Part shown: positions 39,465 through 50,064 of the stretch, in pieces
How the letters are laid out: every line of letters starts with the position of its first letter
Position numbering within the stretch: position 1 is the first letter of the stretch
IMG/VR virus record: IMGVR_UViG_3300020213_000031
Origin: a virus
Direction: 5' to 3' (one strand)
Length of the DNA stretch: 64,000 nt
The notes under the pieces: generated by a model
What the model was told of the DNA's origin: nothing
What the model saw: only the letters and a program-made list of their open reading frames with translations
Database searches by the model: none
Position numbers and translations under genes: made by a program

Positions 39465-40096
39465 AAAATAAGTTTCCCCTCTTCGGCCCGAATTCCACGG
39501 GTCGTCATCGCGAACAAGGCGCCCCCAAGATGGGCGATTGGGGAAACTCGCGTGCAAGCGATCCCTTTGCCTCCGTGGCTCCGATGTCGCCGGAAACTTT
39601 CGAAGAATCACGAAATCGTTACGAGTTTGCGGTTCCCGTTATCCTCCCTCGGACGACATACGCCCCGGAAGGCGCTCGCACGATCGATTTCCGCAGGGTG
39701 ATTTCCGTTCCCGCAGGAGCAGTGAACGTAGACCTGATGGGATACGTTTGCCTGCCATCGGCAACAACCGTAGTTTACTTCTACGGCTTGATCTTGCCAG
39801 CGGGGGGATTTCCCGATGTAGAGTGGCACCCAACAGTCGACGATCAGAGGGTTTTGCAGTATCATGGAAGTCCTGGAGCAAACGTAAGCCCTAACCCGGC
39901 AACGCATTTGAACACAGCGACGGGAATTGATTTTTCGGCACCTAGCTTGGCTCGTTGCCAGCTTCTTTTGCAGCCTGGGCAAGCGTTGCGATGGAGAGTG
40001 ACAAACAATACTGTAGCGCCAGTTGATATGGGCGTTCGAATGGTTGGATACATGGATTCGAGCCAGCAGCTCTTGTCCTCTAAGTTTGGAGATTAG
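39461..40096 (+). CDS. small beta-rich virion protein (GTG start overlapping TGA)
   Basis: Translationally coupled to previous gene. Confidence 0.4.
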   Translation: MKNKFPLFGPNSTGRHREQGAPKMGDWGNSRASDPFASVAPMSPETFEESRNRYEFAVPVILPRTTYAPEGARTIDFRRVISVPAGAVNVDLMGYVCLPSATTVVYFYGLILPAGGFPDVEWHPTVDDQRVLQYHGSPGANVSPNPATHLNTATGIDFSAPSLARCQLLLQPGQALRWRVTNNTVAPVDMGVRMVGYMDSSQQLLSSKFGD

Positions 40097-40098
40097 TC

Positions 40099-41337
40099 AT
40101 GGCGTCAGCAGCAGTAAATACACAGCGGCTTTTGGAGACTTTCCACGGTATTCAGGGCGGACGCTACGACCCTTCCGTTCAAAGCACTCAGGGTAGCGCT
40201 GGCACGATTTTTATTCAGTTGCCGCCCTTTGGTCTAAGCACTCCGTTTGCCTTGTGGCAAAAACAAGACAATGGAAACACAACCAATTGGGCTGAGATTT
40301 CCGCCAGCTCGACGGGAATTACTGATTACAAAGCGCCAGTAAACCTTGCATCCACGGCAGACGTTCCGCTCTCTGGTGGCGCCGCTCTGTTGATTGATGG
40401 TGTAGCCGTAGCCAACGGCAATCGCATCTTGCTCAAAGACCAAGCCACTGCAAGCCAAAACGGAATTTACATCGCCAGCGGAATCGGCACGGCTTATCTC
40501 TTGACTCGCGCTCCTGACGCAAATACTTCGGCTGAAGTTACACAAGGTATGTTTACCTGGGTGATGTTCGGCTCCACGAACCTCGAGACCGGCTGGATTT
40601 TGACCACGCCGAACCCGATCACGCTTGGCACGACTGCGTTGACGTTTGTGGAGATTCCGATTCCTGGTCTAACATCTGTTGGAGCATTCGACACACAGCC
40701 GCCTTCGGTTGATGGTGCCGTAATTGTTGGTAGCAGTATTTTCTTTCAATCCATGAATGGCGGCGCAAGCCCTGTGGGGATGCTGAATTCTGGTTCACAA
40801 AACCTTGTCGGCGATAAGAGCTTCTCTCAGCCTATCCAGTTTTTCAACCAGGGCGTAACACCACCATCTCCCGCAGGTGGCACGGCGGAAATTTATTCCA
40901 ACGTTTCCGAATTGATGGAGCAACAAGACTCCGCAGGAAATATTCGCATCGTAAACGGTATCGTCCAAGACACAGCCGTGGACATCGTTACGGCTCCAGC
41001 ATTCATCAACTTCATTGGCGCAAACTCTGTTGTAGCGAACGGTCTTGGCGTCGATGTCGACGTGACGGCTGCGGTTGGAGCAACTTGGGATCGCGAAACG
41101 TTCGTTATCGCGGCGCCCGACATTGTAAACGGCTACCTCGATCTCGCCAACACAGCAATCGATGATTCCGTAAATCCGACTCCCCAAGGTTCCGGCCCCC
41201 TCATCGGCGGCTCGATCGCGGCGGGTGACGACTTTGAAATGTCGATCGTCGGCCCAATTACTCGTGTGACCTTCTCTCCAGCCGTAGTGGCTGCCTGGGT
41301 TGTTGGTCAAAGAGTTCAAGTTCAGTACCAGTTTTAA
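40099..41337 (+). CDS. fiber/receptor-binding-like virion protein
   Basis: Ser/Thr/Gly/Ala/Asn-rich beta composition; position in fiber block. Confidence 0.4.
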   Translation: MASAAVNTQRLLETFHGIQGGRYDPSVQSTQGSAGTIFIQLPPFGLSTPFALWQKQDNGNTTNWAEISASSTGITDYKAPVNLASTADVPLSGGAALLIDGVAVANGNRILLKDQATASQNGIYIASGIGTAYLLTRAPDANTSAEVTQGMFTWVMFGSTNLETGWILTTPNPITLGTTALTFVEIPIPGLTSVGAFDTQPPSVDGAVIVGSSIFFQSMNGGASPVGMLNSGSQNLVGDKSFSQPIQFFNQGVTPPSPAGGTAEIYSNVSELMEQQDSAGNIRIVNGIVQDTAVDIVTAPAFINFIGANSVVANGLGVDVDVTAAVGATWDRETFVIAAPDIVNGYLDLANTAIDDSVNPTPQGSGPLIGGSIAAGDDFEMSIVGPITRVTFSPAVVAAWVVGQRVQVQYQF

Positions 41338-41350
41338 ATAGAGGTAATTT

Positions 41351-44300
41351 ATGAGTGACGGAAAAATTCTTCAGCGGTATCAGCCCTACGCTCCTGCCAC
41401 TCCGACCAATTACCCTGGCACGACTCCTGTAAACAATCAGGAAGCTCTCGACTCGGCTGTGGCGATGCTCAATCTCGCAAACGCTCAAATTTACGTTGAT
41501 GCGGCTGCTGGATCAGATGTAACCGGAACAGGTGCGCAGCTTCGTCCGTTTCAAACGATTGAAGCGGCTCTTGCCGACGCTGTAGCTAAGCCGGTCGGCA
41601 ATTATACCTTGATGCTTGCCACTGGCAACTATGGAGTCGGGCCTATAGCTTGGCCTGTAAGCGCAGGAAAAAATATCTCCGTAGAAGGTGTCGGTTTGAA
41701 CTCAGGAATTTCCGCGCCGATAACTTATACCGCTATCGGTGGCGTAGATGAGGAAAACGTAATTTTCTTCAACTTGGGAATCAACGACTTTACGGCTGAT
41801 CTTACCGCCGCCGCAGGAAAATCGGCTGCGATCACATTTGGAAATTGTGGTGTTACCATCACTCGTGCAGACACTCTCGGCATTGGAGCACAAGTCGTTA
41901 GATTGTTTAACTGCCTCCTGACGGGAGTGGATACTTCTAGCACGATGCTTCTAACAGGATGCCAATACATTGGTGGATCGATCACCGTTCGAACGGTGAA
42001 TGGTAAACTTCTCACTTCTTCCACTCTGGTTGCTGGCTGTCCTGCTTTTACTGTAGAGGCTGGAGCTTTCGCTGGGCTGTTTGCATCTTCAACCGCATAC
42101 GCAAACCTCATTGTTGATGGAACTCTTCGCATCATGGGATGCGATACCGAAAATACTTTTACCATCTCTGGCCTCGGCACCCTCGATATCGACGCTGCCT
42201 CTTTGAAACTCGCCCCAGTGCCAACCACGGCAACCGTTACGTTGTTGGATGATGCTCAATATGTTGAGTTTAATCCAACCGCACCCGGTTCATGGCCGGT
42301 GGGAACAGATCAAGTCGCAGAAGCCCTCGATTATCTCGTTGGTCTCGGCAACGGCGACATGAAGCGCAACTCCTTCGTGTTTCAGCCTGGAGGCGTTTCG
42401 AGTGGAAATACTTTCGCTACTTGGGCGGAAGTAATTGCAGCTATCGCTGTTGATGCTGGTCCCAAAACGATTTATTTTGATGACTCCATTGTTTCTCCGG
42501 CAGTCATCCCTGCTGGGGTTTATGCGCTCGAAGAAGTTACATTCGATAATGCTAAAGAAGGACAAGACACTTTCGTAGAAGTCGCAATTGGTGTTAGCTG
42601 GACAGGGTTGTTTGCTATAAACAATATTCAGGTCAACTTCCTCAATACCGCCGTTGTTGAATCTATCTCTGGCCGACTGCTCCAGTTCAACGGAAGCACG
42701 ATTACTGCAAACGGCACTTCACCCATTTGGGATATTGTTGGTTTCGCTCTTATCCAATCTCGCTTTGGCTCAGGCATCAACGGTAGCGCCACCGCCGCTG
42801 CTATAAGCATCGCTGCTGGTCAGACCCTACTTTATTTGATGGTCAACTTCAGCAATGTGAACGCCACAGCAATTATCGGTGGAGTGACTGAAAGTCTCAC
42901 CCTAGTCTATGGTGACTCTTCTCCGCAATTTACTGCACAATCGGGTTTCACCGGAACTCTCACCACTCAGCTTCTCACGCAAGCTCAGTTTGAAGGCTAT
43001 ACTCCGACAACTCCAGGCGATTGGAGTCCAGCGCCTTCCGATGTTGGTGGCGCTCTCGATCAATTGGCTGCAAACGCTTCTGCTGTAGTGCCTACAGTAT
43101 TCGTGTTTCAAGATGGTGGTGTTGCAAGCAAGAACGTCTACGATACCTGGGCCGCCCTCTATGCGGTGCTCTCGACCGTAGCTGGCCCGAAGATTGTCGA
43201 AATCGACGATTCCGTTACAAGTCCTTGCGTGATTCCTGCGGGAACCTACGACGTGGCAGATGTGACTTTCGTATCCAAGAATTATACGTTCTCGGCTACG
43301 CCAATTTTGCATCTTGCCGACCTCTGCGTTCTCGACAATCTCACCCACATCTCGGGCGGATTGTTTGTTGAATCGCAGTCGACCGCTCCTGTTGCAGTAT
43401 TCACGGCTGGCGTCCACAAGATCACCATCGACGGACAAGCTAGCCTGCGTGGTATTCTTGCTGGCGTGCCCGTAATCGATGTAAGTGGGACTGCAATCCT
43501 CGGAATGTCAATTTCCAACAACAGCGCACTCGGCTTGAAGTCGATCACCACAAGCGGTACAGGCCAAGTGCAATTGCTCATGTGGAACACAGCTCAAGTT
43601 GTTACCGATGCCGTTGAAGGCAACGGAGCTATCAGCGTGTCCTATGATGCTGGATCGAATTATTCCACGACACAAACTAATTTCACCGGAGCATTTGGCT
43701 CAGCGTTCTTCGATAATGCCCCTCAAGTTGGATATTCGCCTTCGGCGGCTGGAAACTGGCTCGTATCTCCGACTCAAGTGAAGGCTGCTTTGGACGAGCT
43801 TTCCCATCGAGAACCTTCTACGTTTGTTTACCAAGAAGGTGGCACTACAGGTAAAAATGTGTTCGCCACCTGGGCCGAAGTAATGGCGGCGATTTCAGCA
43901 GCCGGTGAAGGGCCGAAAACGATTCTAGTAGACTCCACTTTCACAAGTCCTTGCGTTGTTCCTGCTGGCTCTTACAGTCTGATTCAAGTGACGTTCAAGG
44001 CTCGCGACAATGGAAGCGTCCTTGAGTTTGCTGACAATGCTACTATTTCAACAAATTTTGTTGGTGTAGAAGGTGGATTGACTTTACGCTCGGTATCCAC
44101 CGTGGCGGTAATGGAAGTTTCAGGGTTTGAGACAATCTTTGTCGATAAGATTTCTGAGATTTCCTCAACCATCTTCCCGTTCTTCCATGTGAACGGCGGC
44201 GGCCCAACGCTAAACCTTATCGTTTCCGAAAACTCTTCGTTGTCCAACGCTGGCGCGGCAGTAGTAGACGTAGACGCAACTGGTGTAGCGAATATTTACA

Positions 44301-44614
44301 GCTACACAGGCTCTACGATTGCTAACGGAACATATTCTGGAGCAGGCACTATTACTGTCGTCAGAGATGCTTCACCGAGCAGAATTCCCGGCACGATATC
44401 TGGCGCTCAAGCAACAGCGAAACAGATTGATTTAGGGGTTCTCGTAAATCAAGCTACCGTGATCTTCACTATTCAAGGTTTGAGCGGTTTGACTTATAGC
44501 TTTGATTACACCTTGACCGATGGGGCGACCAGCACCGTGATTGATTGGACCGGCTTAGGGCTTGACGGTGTTATTCTCGGTGGCGAGAACTATAATATTC
44601 AATACAGAGCATAA
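41351..44614 (+). CDS. large (1087 aa) spike/fiber protein with three internal about-240-aa repeats (beta-helix-like)
   Basis: Repeats PGxW..P..V..ALD.L...FV(F/Y)Q.GG....N.(F/Y).TWA......GPK.I..D.S..SP.V(I/V)PAG.Y at about 42240, 42990, 43690. Confidence 0.55.
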   Translation: MSDGKILQRYQPYAPATPTNYPGTTPVNNQEALDSAVAMLNLANAQIYVDAAAGSDVTGTGAQLRPFQTIEAALADAVAKPVGNYTLMLATGNYGVGPIAWPVSAGKNISVEGVGLNSGISAPITYTAIGGVDEENVIFFNLGINDFTADLTAAAGKSAAITFGNCGVTITRADTLGIGAQVVRLFNCLLTGVDTSSTMLLTGCQYIGGSITVRTVNGKLLTSSTLVAGCPAFTVEAGAFAGLFASSTAYANLIVDGTLRIMGCDTENTFTISGLGTLDIDAASLKLAPVPTTATVTLLDDAQYVEFNPTAPGSWPVGTDQVAEALDYLVGLGNGDMKRNSFVFQPGGVSSGNTFATWAEVIAAIAVDAGPKTIYFDDSIVSPAVIPAGVYALEEVTFDNAKEGQDTFVEVAIGVSWTGLFAINNIQVNFLNTAVVESISGRLLQFNGSTITANGTSPIWDIVGFALIQSRFGSGINGSATAAAISIAAGQTLLYLMVNFSNVNATAIIGGVTESLTLVYGDSSPQFTAQSGFTGTLTTQLLTQAQFEGYTPTTPGDWSPAPSDVGGALDQLAANASAVVPTVFVFQDGGVASKNVYDTWAALYAVLSTVAGPKIVEIDDSVTSPCVIPAGTYDVADVTFVSKNYTFSATPILHLADLCVLDNLTHISGGLFVESQSTAPVAVFTAGVHKITIDGQASLRGILAGVPVIDVSGTAILGMSISNNSALGLKSITTSGTGQVQLLMWNTAQVVTDAVEGNGAISVSYDAGSNYSTTQTNFTGAFGSAFFDNAPQVGYSPSAAGNWLVSPTQVKAALDELSHREPSTFVYQEGGTTGKNVFATWAEVMAAISAAGEGPKTILVDSTFTSPCVVPAGSYSLIQVTFKARDNGSVLEFADNATISTNFVGVEGGLTLRSVSTVAVMEVSGFETIFVDKISEISSTIFPFFHVNGGGPTLNLIVSENSSLSNAGAAVVDVDATGVANIYSYTGSTIANGTYSGAGTITVVRDASPSRIPGTISGAQATAKQIDLGVLVNQATVIFTIQGLSGLTYSFDYTLTDGATSTVIDWTGLGLDGVILGGENYNIQYRA

Positions 44615-44627
44615 ATAGGAATTATCT

Positions 44628-44945
44628 ATGAACTTTTTGTTGGGGAGGATTGTAAATTATTTTCCGTCCGTCCTGGCGAATTGGTTGGTGGTTCCTACCA
44701 CTGTGCCCATCGCTCTGGACTCCCTCGCACAAACTACCAAACAAAATATATTAACCTTTACTGTTAGCGGAAACTGGACTGTTCCCGCTAATGTGACCCG
44801 CGTAAGGGTAACCGCCAGAGGGGCAAGCGGTGGCGGCGGTGGTGGCGGTGGTGGAAGAATAGCCGTCACAGGATCAACAGGAGGTAACGGCGCCTCCGGC
44901 ACAGCCGGAAATAACGGGTTTCTTACTATAGAGTGGGTGGGATAA
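44628..44945 (+). CDS. Gly-rich small fiber-associated protein
   Basis: GASGGGGGGGGGRIAVTGSTGGNGASGTAGNNG tract. Confidence 0.4.
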   Translation: MNFLLGRIVNYFPSVLANWLVVPTTVPIALDSLAQTTKQNILTFTVSGNWTVPANVTRVRVTARGASGGGGGGGGGRIAVTGSTGGNGASGTAGNNGFLTIEWVG

Positions 44946-45394
44946 TGCGTTTCGCTCAGATCGAAGACGTGATTATTGTCAATATTGTAGTCGCCGAAAC
45001 AGACTTTGAAAAAAGTGGTTACGTTTCAATTGATGGTCTTAATCCCGAGCCTACGTTTGGGTGGACTCATAATGGTGAGCAGTTCATCAACCCCATAAAA
45101 TCTGAAAAAGAAAAATTAGAACCAAGCGAACCAGCCGATATTCCAGACGCCATCAAACTTTCTCGCGTAAGCAATTCAATGATCGTAAAGTTTCAAAATG
45201 GTAATTTATTTATAGGATGTTTAGAATTTCCGCCAGAATGGTCAAAAGAAACTCTTGGCAAACTTCTTTATGAAGACGCACCCAGCGTTGGGGAGGTTGT
45301 CGCAACTAAAAGCGGGATAACCTACAACAATAATTTTGTATCTTGGCTAGATTGTGAGAGAATATATAACTACTTGGAAGCGGCTAAATTTTAG
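44933..45394 (+). CDS. hypothetical protein
   Basis: ORF overlapping upstream stop. Confidence 0.35.
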   Translation: MGGIMRFAQIEDVIIVNIVVAETDFEKSGYVSIDGLNPEPTFGWTHNGEQFINPIKSEKEKLEPSEPADIPDAIKLSRVSNSMIVKFQNGNLFIGCLEFPPEWSKETLGKLLYEDAPSVGEVVATKSGITYNNNFVSWLDCERIYNYLEAAKF

Positions 45395-45405
45395 AGGAAA
45401 AATTT

Positions 45406-46461
45406 ATGAGTAATGGAACACTTTCACAATCTCAGTTTAGATACCAGCGACCACAAGCCTCGATATATCGGGTTGGTCCCGATCAATTCTATACAACCAT
45501 TCAGGCTGCAATCGATGCTGCTGTCGCTGACGGTTACACCACCGCTTTAAATTCTGCCACCGTAGAGATTTATCCCAAAGCCCTCGGCGCAAGTTACGTC
45601 GAGAACGTAACACTAAAAGCGGGTGTAAACCTGCAAGGTATCGGTCTAAATGGAGTCGTTGTAGAGGGAAATGCTACTTACTCTACTGCTGGTGGAACCA
45701 GAGCCGATAATACAATCTTTGTTCAGGGTGTTAATCTTACCTGCACTTCTGGCGACACTTTGACGGTAAGCGGAAGCAATCCTCTTCAGCTCATTTTTCA
45801 AAACGGAGCCACGCTCGAAACCCAAGCCGGTGGAGCTGGAGTATGTCTGAGCTATACCGCGACAAGCGGAAATGCCCGCGTGAGATTTAATGCTGGCAGT
45901 TCGATTAACTGTAACGTGGTCGGTGGAACTGCGGTATCTATCACTGGCTCAGGCGGACCTACGCTTGAGTTCCGTCAACGTAACACAGCCATCTTCAGCT
46001 CGAACGGAACCGACATTGCTGTTGGTATCCTGATTGGTGGCACTGGCGGAAAAACGGTTCGTGTTTTCGGTTGCGACAATTTCATGAACGGCGGATTCTC
46101 AACCGCGTGTATCAATATGACCTCTACGAGCGCGTCTGCAAATCTAAACTTTATTCAGTCCATTCTCAGAAATACAACTGGCGATGGGATTATCGTAAGC
46201 GGCGCAGCCTATACCACCGTTCAGTTTGAAAGAAATCGGCTTGAGACTACTGCTGCTGGAAAAAGCGTGTTTGTTACAAACATTGCTGGTGGAATCATTC
46301 GCGCAAGAAGCTGTGTAATTGGTGGTGATTCTGGTGGGAACATTGGTCGCGGTAGCGCGGCTGGCACTATCTCACTTGGAGGCAACGTCTACTTCATCAA
46401 CAGTAACGTGCAAGCCCCCGCCATACTCGCGCTCGATAACGTAACCCCGGTTCAAGTTTAA
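45406..46461 (+). CDS. right-handed beta-helix (pectin-lyase-like) spike/depolymerase candidate
   Basis: Periodic G/N/T/S-rich beta-strand rungs (VSITGSGG, VGILIGGTGG, IIVSGAAY). Confidence 0.45.
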   Translation: MSNGTLSQSQFRYQRPQASIYRVGPDQFYTTIQAAIDAAVADGYTTALNSATVEIYPKALGASYVENVTLKAGVNLQGIGLNGVVVEGNATYSTAGGTRADNTIFVQGVNLTCTSGDTLTVSGSNPLQLIFQNGATLETQAGGAGVCLSYTATSGNARVRFNAGSSINCNVVGGTAVSITGSGGPTLEFRQRNTAIFSSNGTDIAVGILIGGTGGKTVRVFGCDNFMNGGFSTACINMTSTSASANLNFIQSILRNTTGDGIIVSGAAYTTVQFERNRLETTAAGKSVFVTNIAGGIIRARSCVIGGDSGGNIGRGSAAGTISLGGNVYFINSNVQAPAILALDNVTPVQV

Positions 46462-46711
46462 GTTTTATAGCTTGCTTAAATTGCAAGCTGTAAACCAACA
46501 ACATTATAAAGGATTATTATGGACTTGAAATGGATTCTAATTGGCGCTCTCGCATACACCCTTTTAACTAAAAAGAAGGATGGCTCGGCGCCGACAATTA
46601 AAGCCCCAAGCCAAGAAGAAATTACTGCTGCCGCAAACAAAGCCGCACAGCAAGCTCTTGATCAAGCGCAAAGCATTCTGTCGTCGATCTAAACCGGGGG
46701 AGGAGAAGGAC

Positions 46712-47524
46712 ATGGACAAAAATATCGCCCTCCTTCTCATCGGCGCTGGCTTGTGGTTGAACAATAAAAAGTCACGCTCAAACCCAGTATCCAGGCACAA
46801 TTCCATCGATATTCCTGAAGCAACTGAAATCGACCTCGGGAATAAAGCTGATTGGAAGATCACTCCTGAAGAACTGAACCAGGCCGATAGGGGCACCAAG
46901 CAAGAGCTTTACAAGCAAGCAATGAGTGGCGGCCTCACGACTCAGCAAGCCCTACTTGTGTTTGCGGCTGCGGCCATTGCGTGGAAAATCTTCGACGCAA
47001 ACAAATCTCCATCGTCGCCGATGGACCCAGGAATGCGTGCGGCCCTCGATGAATCCGACAGACTTCGAAAAAGAGACGCAGATCCAGGATTTAAAATGGT
47101 CGTGTCCCCTTCCAGGGATGATGTTTACATGCCTGCGGAGAAAATTCCCGTTTACGTTGATCAATCATCGGCGCCAACAAGGGAAGAGAAAGTGGCGCTC
47201 GAGAATCAACTTCGCCGCGAGCGCAATATTCAATACGCGAGGGAAATCGCTGAGCGCGACCGCGCCTTCAATAAAAAAGTGACGCGTGAAATGGCTGCAA
47301 CGGGAACCATGGACCCAAACATTTCCGATTCTGCCTACCAAAGATGGCTCAAGGAACAAGCACGCCTGGAAAACCAAGCCCGTATTGATCCAAACGTTTC
47401 GTATTTTAACAGCAAGAAAACGAATATTGATTCCAGCATTACTGGAAAGACGAGCGGCGCCTATGTCGACTCGAGTACCAACACCCGGAAAATTTCAAAA
47501 CCAGGATTTCTCGCCAAGAGGTAA
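46712..47524 (+). CDS. N-terminal-TM protein, hypothetical
   Basis: GGAGGAGAAGGAC RBS + ATG; N-terminal TM. Confidence 0.4.
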   Translation: MDKNIALLLIGAGLWLNNKKSRSNPVSRHNSIDIPEATEIDLGNKADWKITPEELNQADRGTKQELYKQAMSGGLTTQQALLVFAAAAIAWKIFDANKSPSSPMDPGMRAALDESDRLRKRDADPGFKMVVSPSRDDVYMPAEKIPVYVDQSSAPTREEKVALENQLRRERNIQYAREIAERDRAFNKKVTREMAATGTMDPNISDSAYQRWLKEQARLENQARIDPNVSYFNSKKTNIDSSITGKTSGAYVDSSTNTRKISKPGFLAKR

Positions 47525-47526
47525 TT

Positions 47527-47928
47527 ATGAAAATCGAACACGTTCTACTTGCTGTCGCGGCAATCTTTATTTACAAAAAATCCAAGGACACAAAAGCCGC
47601 CGTAACTCTTGCGCCTGGACTCCCGCCCGCGCAGGCAGACCAACACTCCGATCCGATGCCTCCGCAGTCGACTCCCATCGCTTATGTTTCCGAGCAGCCT
47701 GGACCCGTCGTTTCACAAACGCAAGACGGCTTCATTCAGCCGACCCCTATCAAGCGTCCAATTTATCAAATCCCCGAGCAGGGATCGATCCTGAAACCGC
47801 TTCCGATCTTTGAGCGTAAGCCAATCACCCTCATTCCGATCCAAGGACCAATCAATCGTGGTGGACCGAGCATTCCTCGCGTGGACTATATCGACCCAAA
47901 AACAGGAAAAACGCATACCGCCTGGTAA
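47527..47928 (+). CDS. N-terminal-TM Pro-rich protein, hypothetical
   Basis: TM + proline-rich repeats. Confidence 0.4.
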   Translation: MKIEHVLLAVAAIFIYKKSKDTKAAVTLAPGLPPAQADQHSDPMPPQSTPIAYVSEQPGPVVSQTQDGFIQPTPIKRPIYQIPEQGSILKPLPIFERKPITLIPIQGPINRGGPSIPRVDYIDPKTGKTHTAW

Positions 47929-47931
47929 GCG

Positions 47932-48237
47932 TCAGTCGGCGATCGTTCGACCGTAAACCTTGCGCTCGAGAAATCTTTCCAAGTGCTTGGAAATAATTTC
48001 ATCGAACAGCTTGCGGTTCTCGGGCGTGTTAAGAGCGTCACACTTTTCCGCAATCTCTTGCCCCAAGGCTTCTGCGAGGTCGGTAGGAACATTCTCGACC
48101 CCATGGCGGTTCAGGATTTGCAACACCGGATAAAGCAAAATCGCGGGGAGCGCCTCCTTAGGCTCCATCTCCCCGCGTAGAGTTTTTGCGGCATAGCCAC
48201 AAACGACGAAATCGGTCATCGTCGATTTGATTTTCAT
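47932..48237 (-). CDS. hypothetical protein
   Basis: First gene of convergent minus cluster. Confidence 0.35.
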   Translation of the reverse strand: MKIKSTMTDFVVCGYAAKTLRGEMEPKEALPAILLYPVLQILNRHGVENVPTDLAEALGQEIAEKCDALNTPENRKLFDEIISKHLERFLERKVYGRTIAD

Positions 48238-48695
48238 CCGGTGTGGGTGCCTTCGGATGCGGGTTCAGCTTCCTCGGCAGAAAACATGCGGCTTGAATGA
48301 ATTTCGTTAACCACATGGTTTCTGAAATCGGAAACATCAGCTCTGAGGCTTCTGATCTCAACGCGAAGTTTCGCGTTTTCCAAAAGAGTGTCCTTCAACA
48401 CATTGGTCAACTCTTCGATCGCATTTGGTTTAGCTTCTTCGCTTTCGAAAAAGGCGAATCCTGGGAACTTCAATTGGTCTGTAACGATGCGGCTACCACT
48501 CGGAACGTATTGAAGACCATCGCGGCCCACCTTTACTCCCTGACTACAATCAAACGCATTTTCCATTTCTTTAGCCCTTTCTTCTGCTTTTGCTCGAGAA
48601 TACGAATCACAATGTGGGCAAATTCCATCCACGTTTGTTTCTAAATTTCCCATTTTTCTACCGCAGAGATCGCAAGTATAGTTTTGGTTGCTCAA
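48234..48695 (-). CDS. zinc-ribbon protein, hypothetical
   Basis: CDLCGRK...CPHCD motif. Confidence 0.4.
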   Translation of the reverse strand: MSNQNYTCDLCGRKMGNLETNVDGICPHCDSYSRAKAEERAKEMENAFDCSQGVKVGRDGLQYVPSGSRIVTDQLKFPGFAFFESEEAKPNAIEELTNVLKDTLLENAKLRVEIRSLRADVSDFRNHVVNEIHSSRMFSAEEAEPASEGTHTG

Positions 48696-48891
48696 CGCTA
48701 CTCTTCTTGAAATTGCTGCGCGTAAAGCTCTTGGGCTTCACCGTATTCTTTAATTGCAACTTCAAGCTCTGCGCTCACGTCTTCACCTTCGGCTTCGCGA
48801 GTCCTTAGATCGGAAACCTCGTTGAGGGCATCGTTGAGGGCATCGTTAAGAGCCATCCAGGTTTCCTGCAATGGCGGAAGTTTCTTTGACA

Positions 48892-49551
48892 TCACAAAAC
48901 CTTTCCACCATGGCGCATACTACGCGTTTCGTTATAAGCCAGCTTCATTCGAATCGCTTTCCACAAATCCCAAACAGGGAAGTCAGACGCCTCGCCTTGT
49001 CCGGCGCGATACTGACAGATCAGCTCGAGCTTGGCGAAAGCTCTTCCAAGAAGGTTGTAAGAAGTCTCCAAGGAGTCAAGCTCTCGGGATAGGCCAGCGG
49101 CTTGCGCGAGAGTGAAACAAACGTCGACGTGGTGCTCAAGCGGTGTCTTGTTGAGAAGATCGTCGATCCATGGGGAATCGATCAATTTGTTCTTCTCATT
49201 GGAGGCCAACTGATGAAGATCGAGTTTGCAGAAGCCAGCGAAATCGGCGATTCGAATAGCGCAATCAGCCAACTCTACAAGCTCGCCCTCACACTTCATA
49301 ATATCTGGACTAGACATTACGAAATCCTTGCCACCAAAGCTTTCAACAAGAGCACCATCGGGAACGGTCACTTTGTCGACTCGGCCCAGGTGGAGCGGAG
49401 GCTCACCGTTACGAACGCATTCGGTCGCTTCCGCAATTTCGGAAATCATCAACATCGCACACTCGCCGAACGAGCGCGGCTTTCCAGCCCACCATTGCTT
49501 CTCTACCGCCATTTGATGCGCCACTGCTACTAAATCATTTCTTGTCATCAT
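48892..49551 (-). CDS. MazG-like nucleoside triphosphate pyrophosphohydrolase (all-alpha NTP-PPase) candidate
   Basis: EIAEATE and ELVELADCAIRIADFA acidic helix motifs typical of MazG/HisE fold. Confidence 0.4.
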   Translation of the reverse strand: MMTRNDLVAVAHQMAVEKQWWAGKPRSFGECAMLMISEIAEATECVRNGEPPLHLGRVDKVTVPDGALVESFGGKDFVMSSPDIMKCEGELVELADCAIRIADFAGFCKLDLHQLASNEKNKLIDSPWIDDLLNKTPLEHHVDVCFTLAQAAGLSRELDSLETSYNLLGRAFAKLELICQYRAGQGEASDFPVWDLWKAIRMKLAYNETRSMRHGGKVL

Positions 49552-49554
49552 ATT

Positions 49555-50064
49555 TTACTCCAATAAACTAAAGTTTTTTACTCTCGCCCTTAAAATTGTC
49601 GATCCCTTGTCCTCAATAATTTCTCGTTTAAGCCTCTCCTCTAGCTGCGCTAAAAGAGTATCGACGTAAAGTTTGTTCGCTGCGTGTTCATCATCAAATG
49701 GATATGGAACATCCTTTATGTGGTGATTGTTCATAGAAATATTAGACTTCAATTGCAAGTCATTTCTCCACGCACCATCCATGCACATCGAGCCGGTGTT
49801 GGCGTAGCGCGAAAAGAAGTTTTCCAAAATCATCCAAACAATGTGTTCAACTGATTGATGGAGCGGAGACCCGATGGGGATTGGCGCCTGCGTGCTCTGG
49901 GAAGTAGCCAAAGCGGAATCGACAGAAGCAACATACGCGCTCATCGAATCCTCCCGCCACACTCCATCCCGACCTTGGGCATATTTAAGGTTGCTTATAT
50001 TCTTACCACTGAGCTGATTGTTCAGGTCGAGCTGCGAAGAGTTTGAAGTAGTGTATTGTGTCAT
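49555..50064 (-). CDS. hypothetical protein
   Basis: ORF only. Confidence 0.35.
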   Translation of the reverse strand: MTQYTTSNSSQLDLNNQLSGKNISNLKYAQGRDGVWREDSMSAYVASVDSALATSQSTQAPIPIGSPLHQSVEHIVWMILENFFSRYANTGSMCMDGAWRNDLQLKSNISMNNHHIKDVPYPFDDEHAANKLYVDTLLAQLEERLKREIIEDKGSTILRARVKNFSLLE

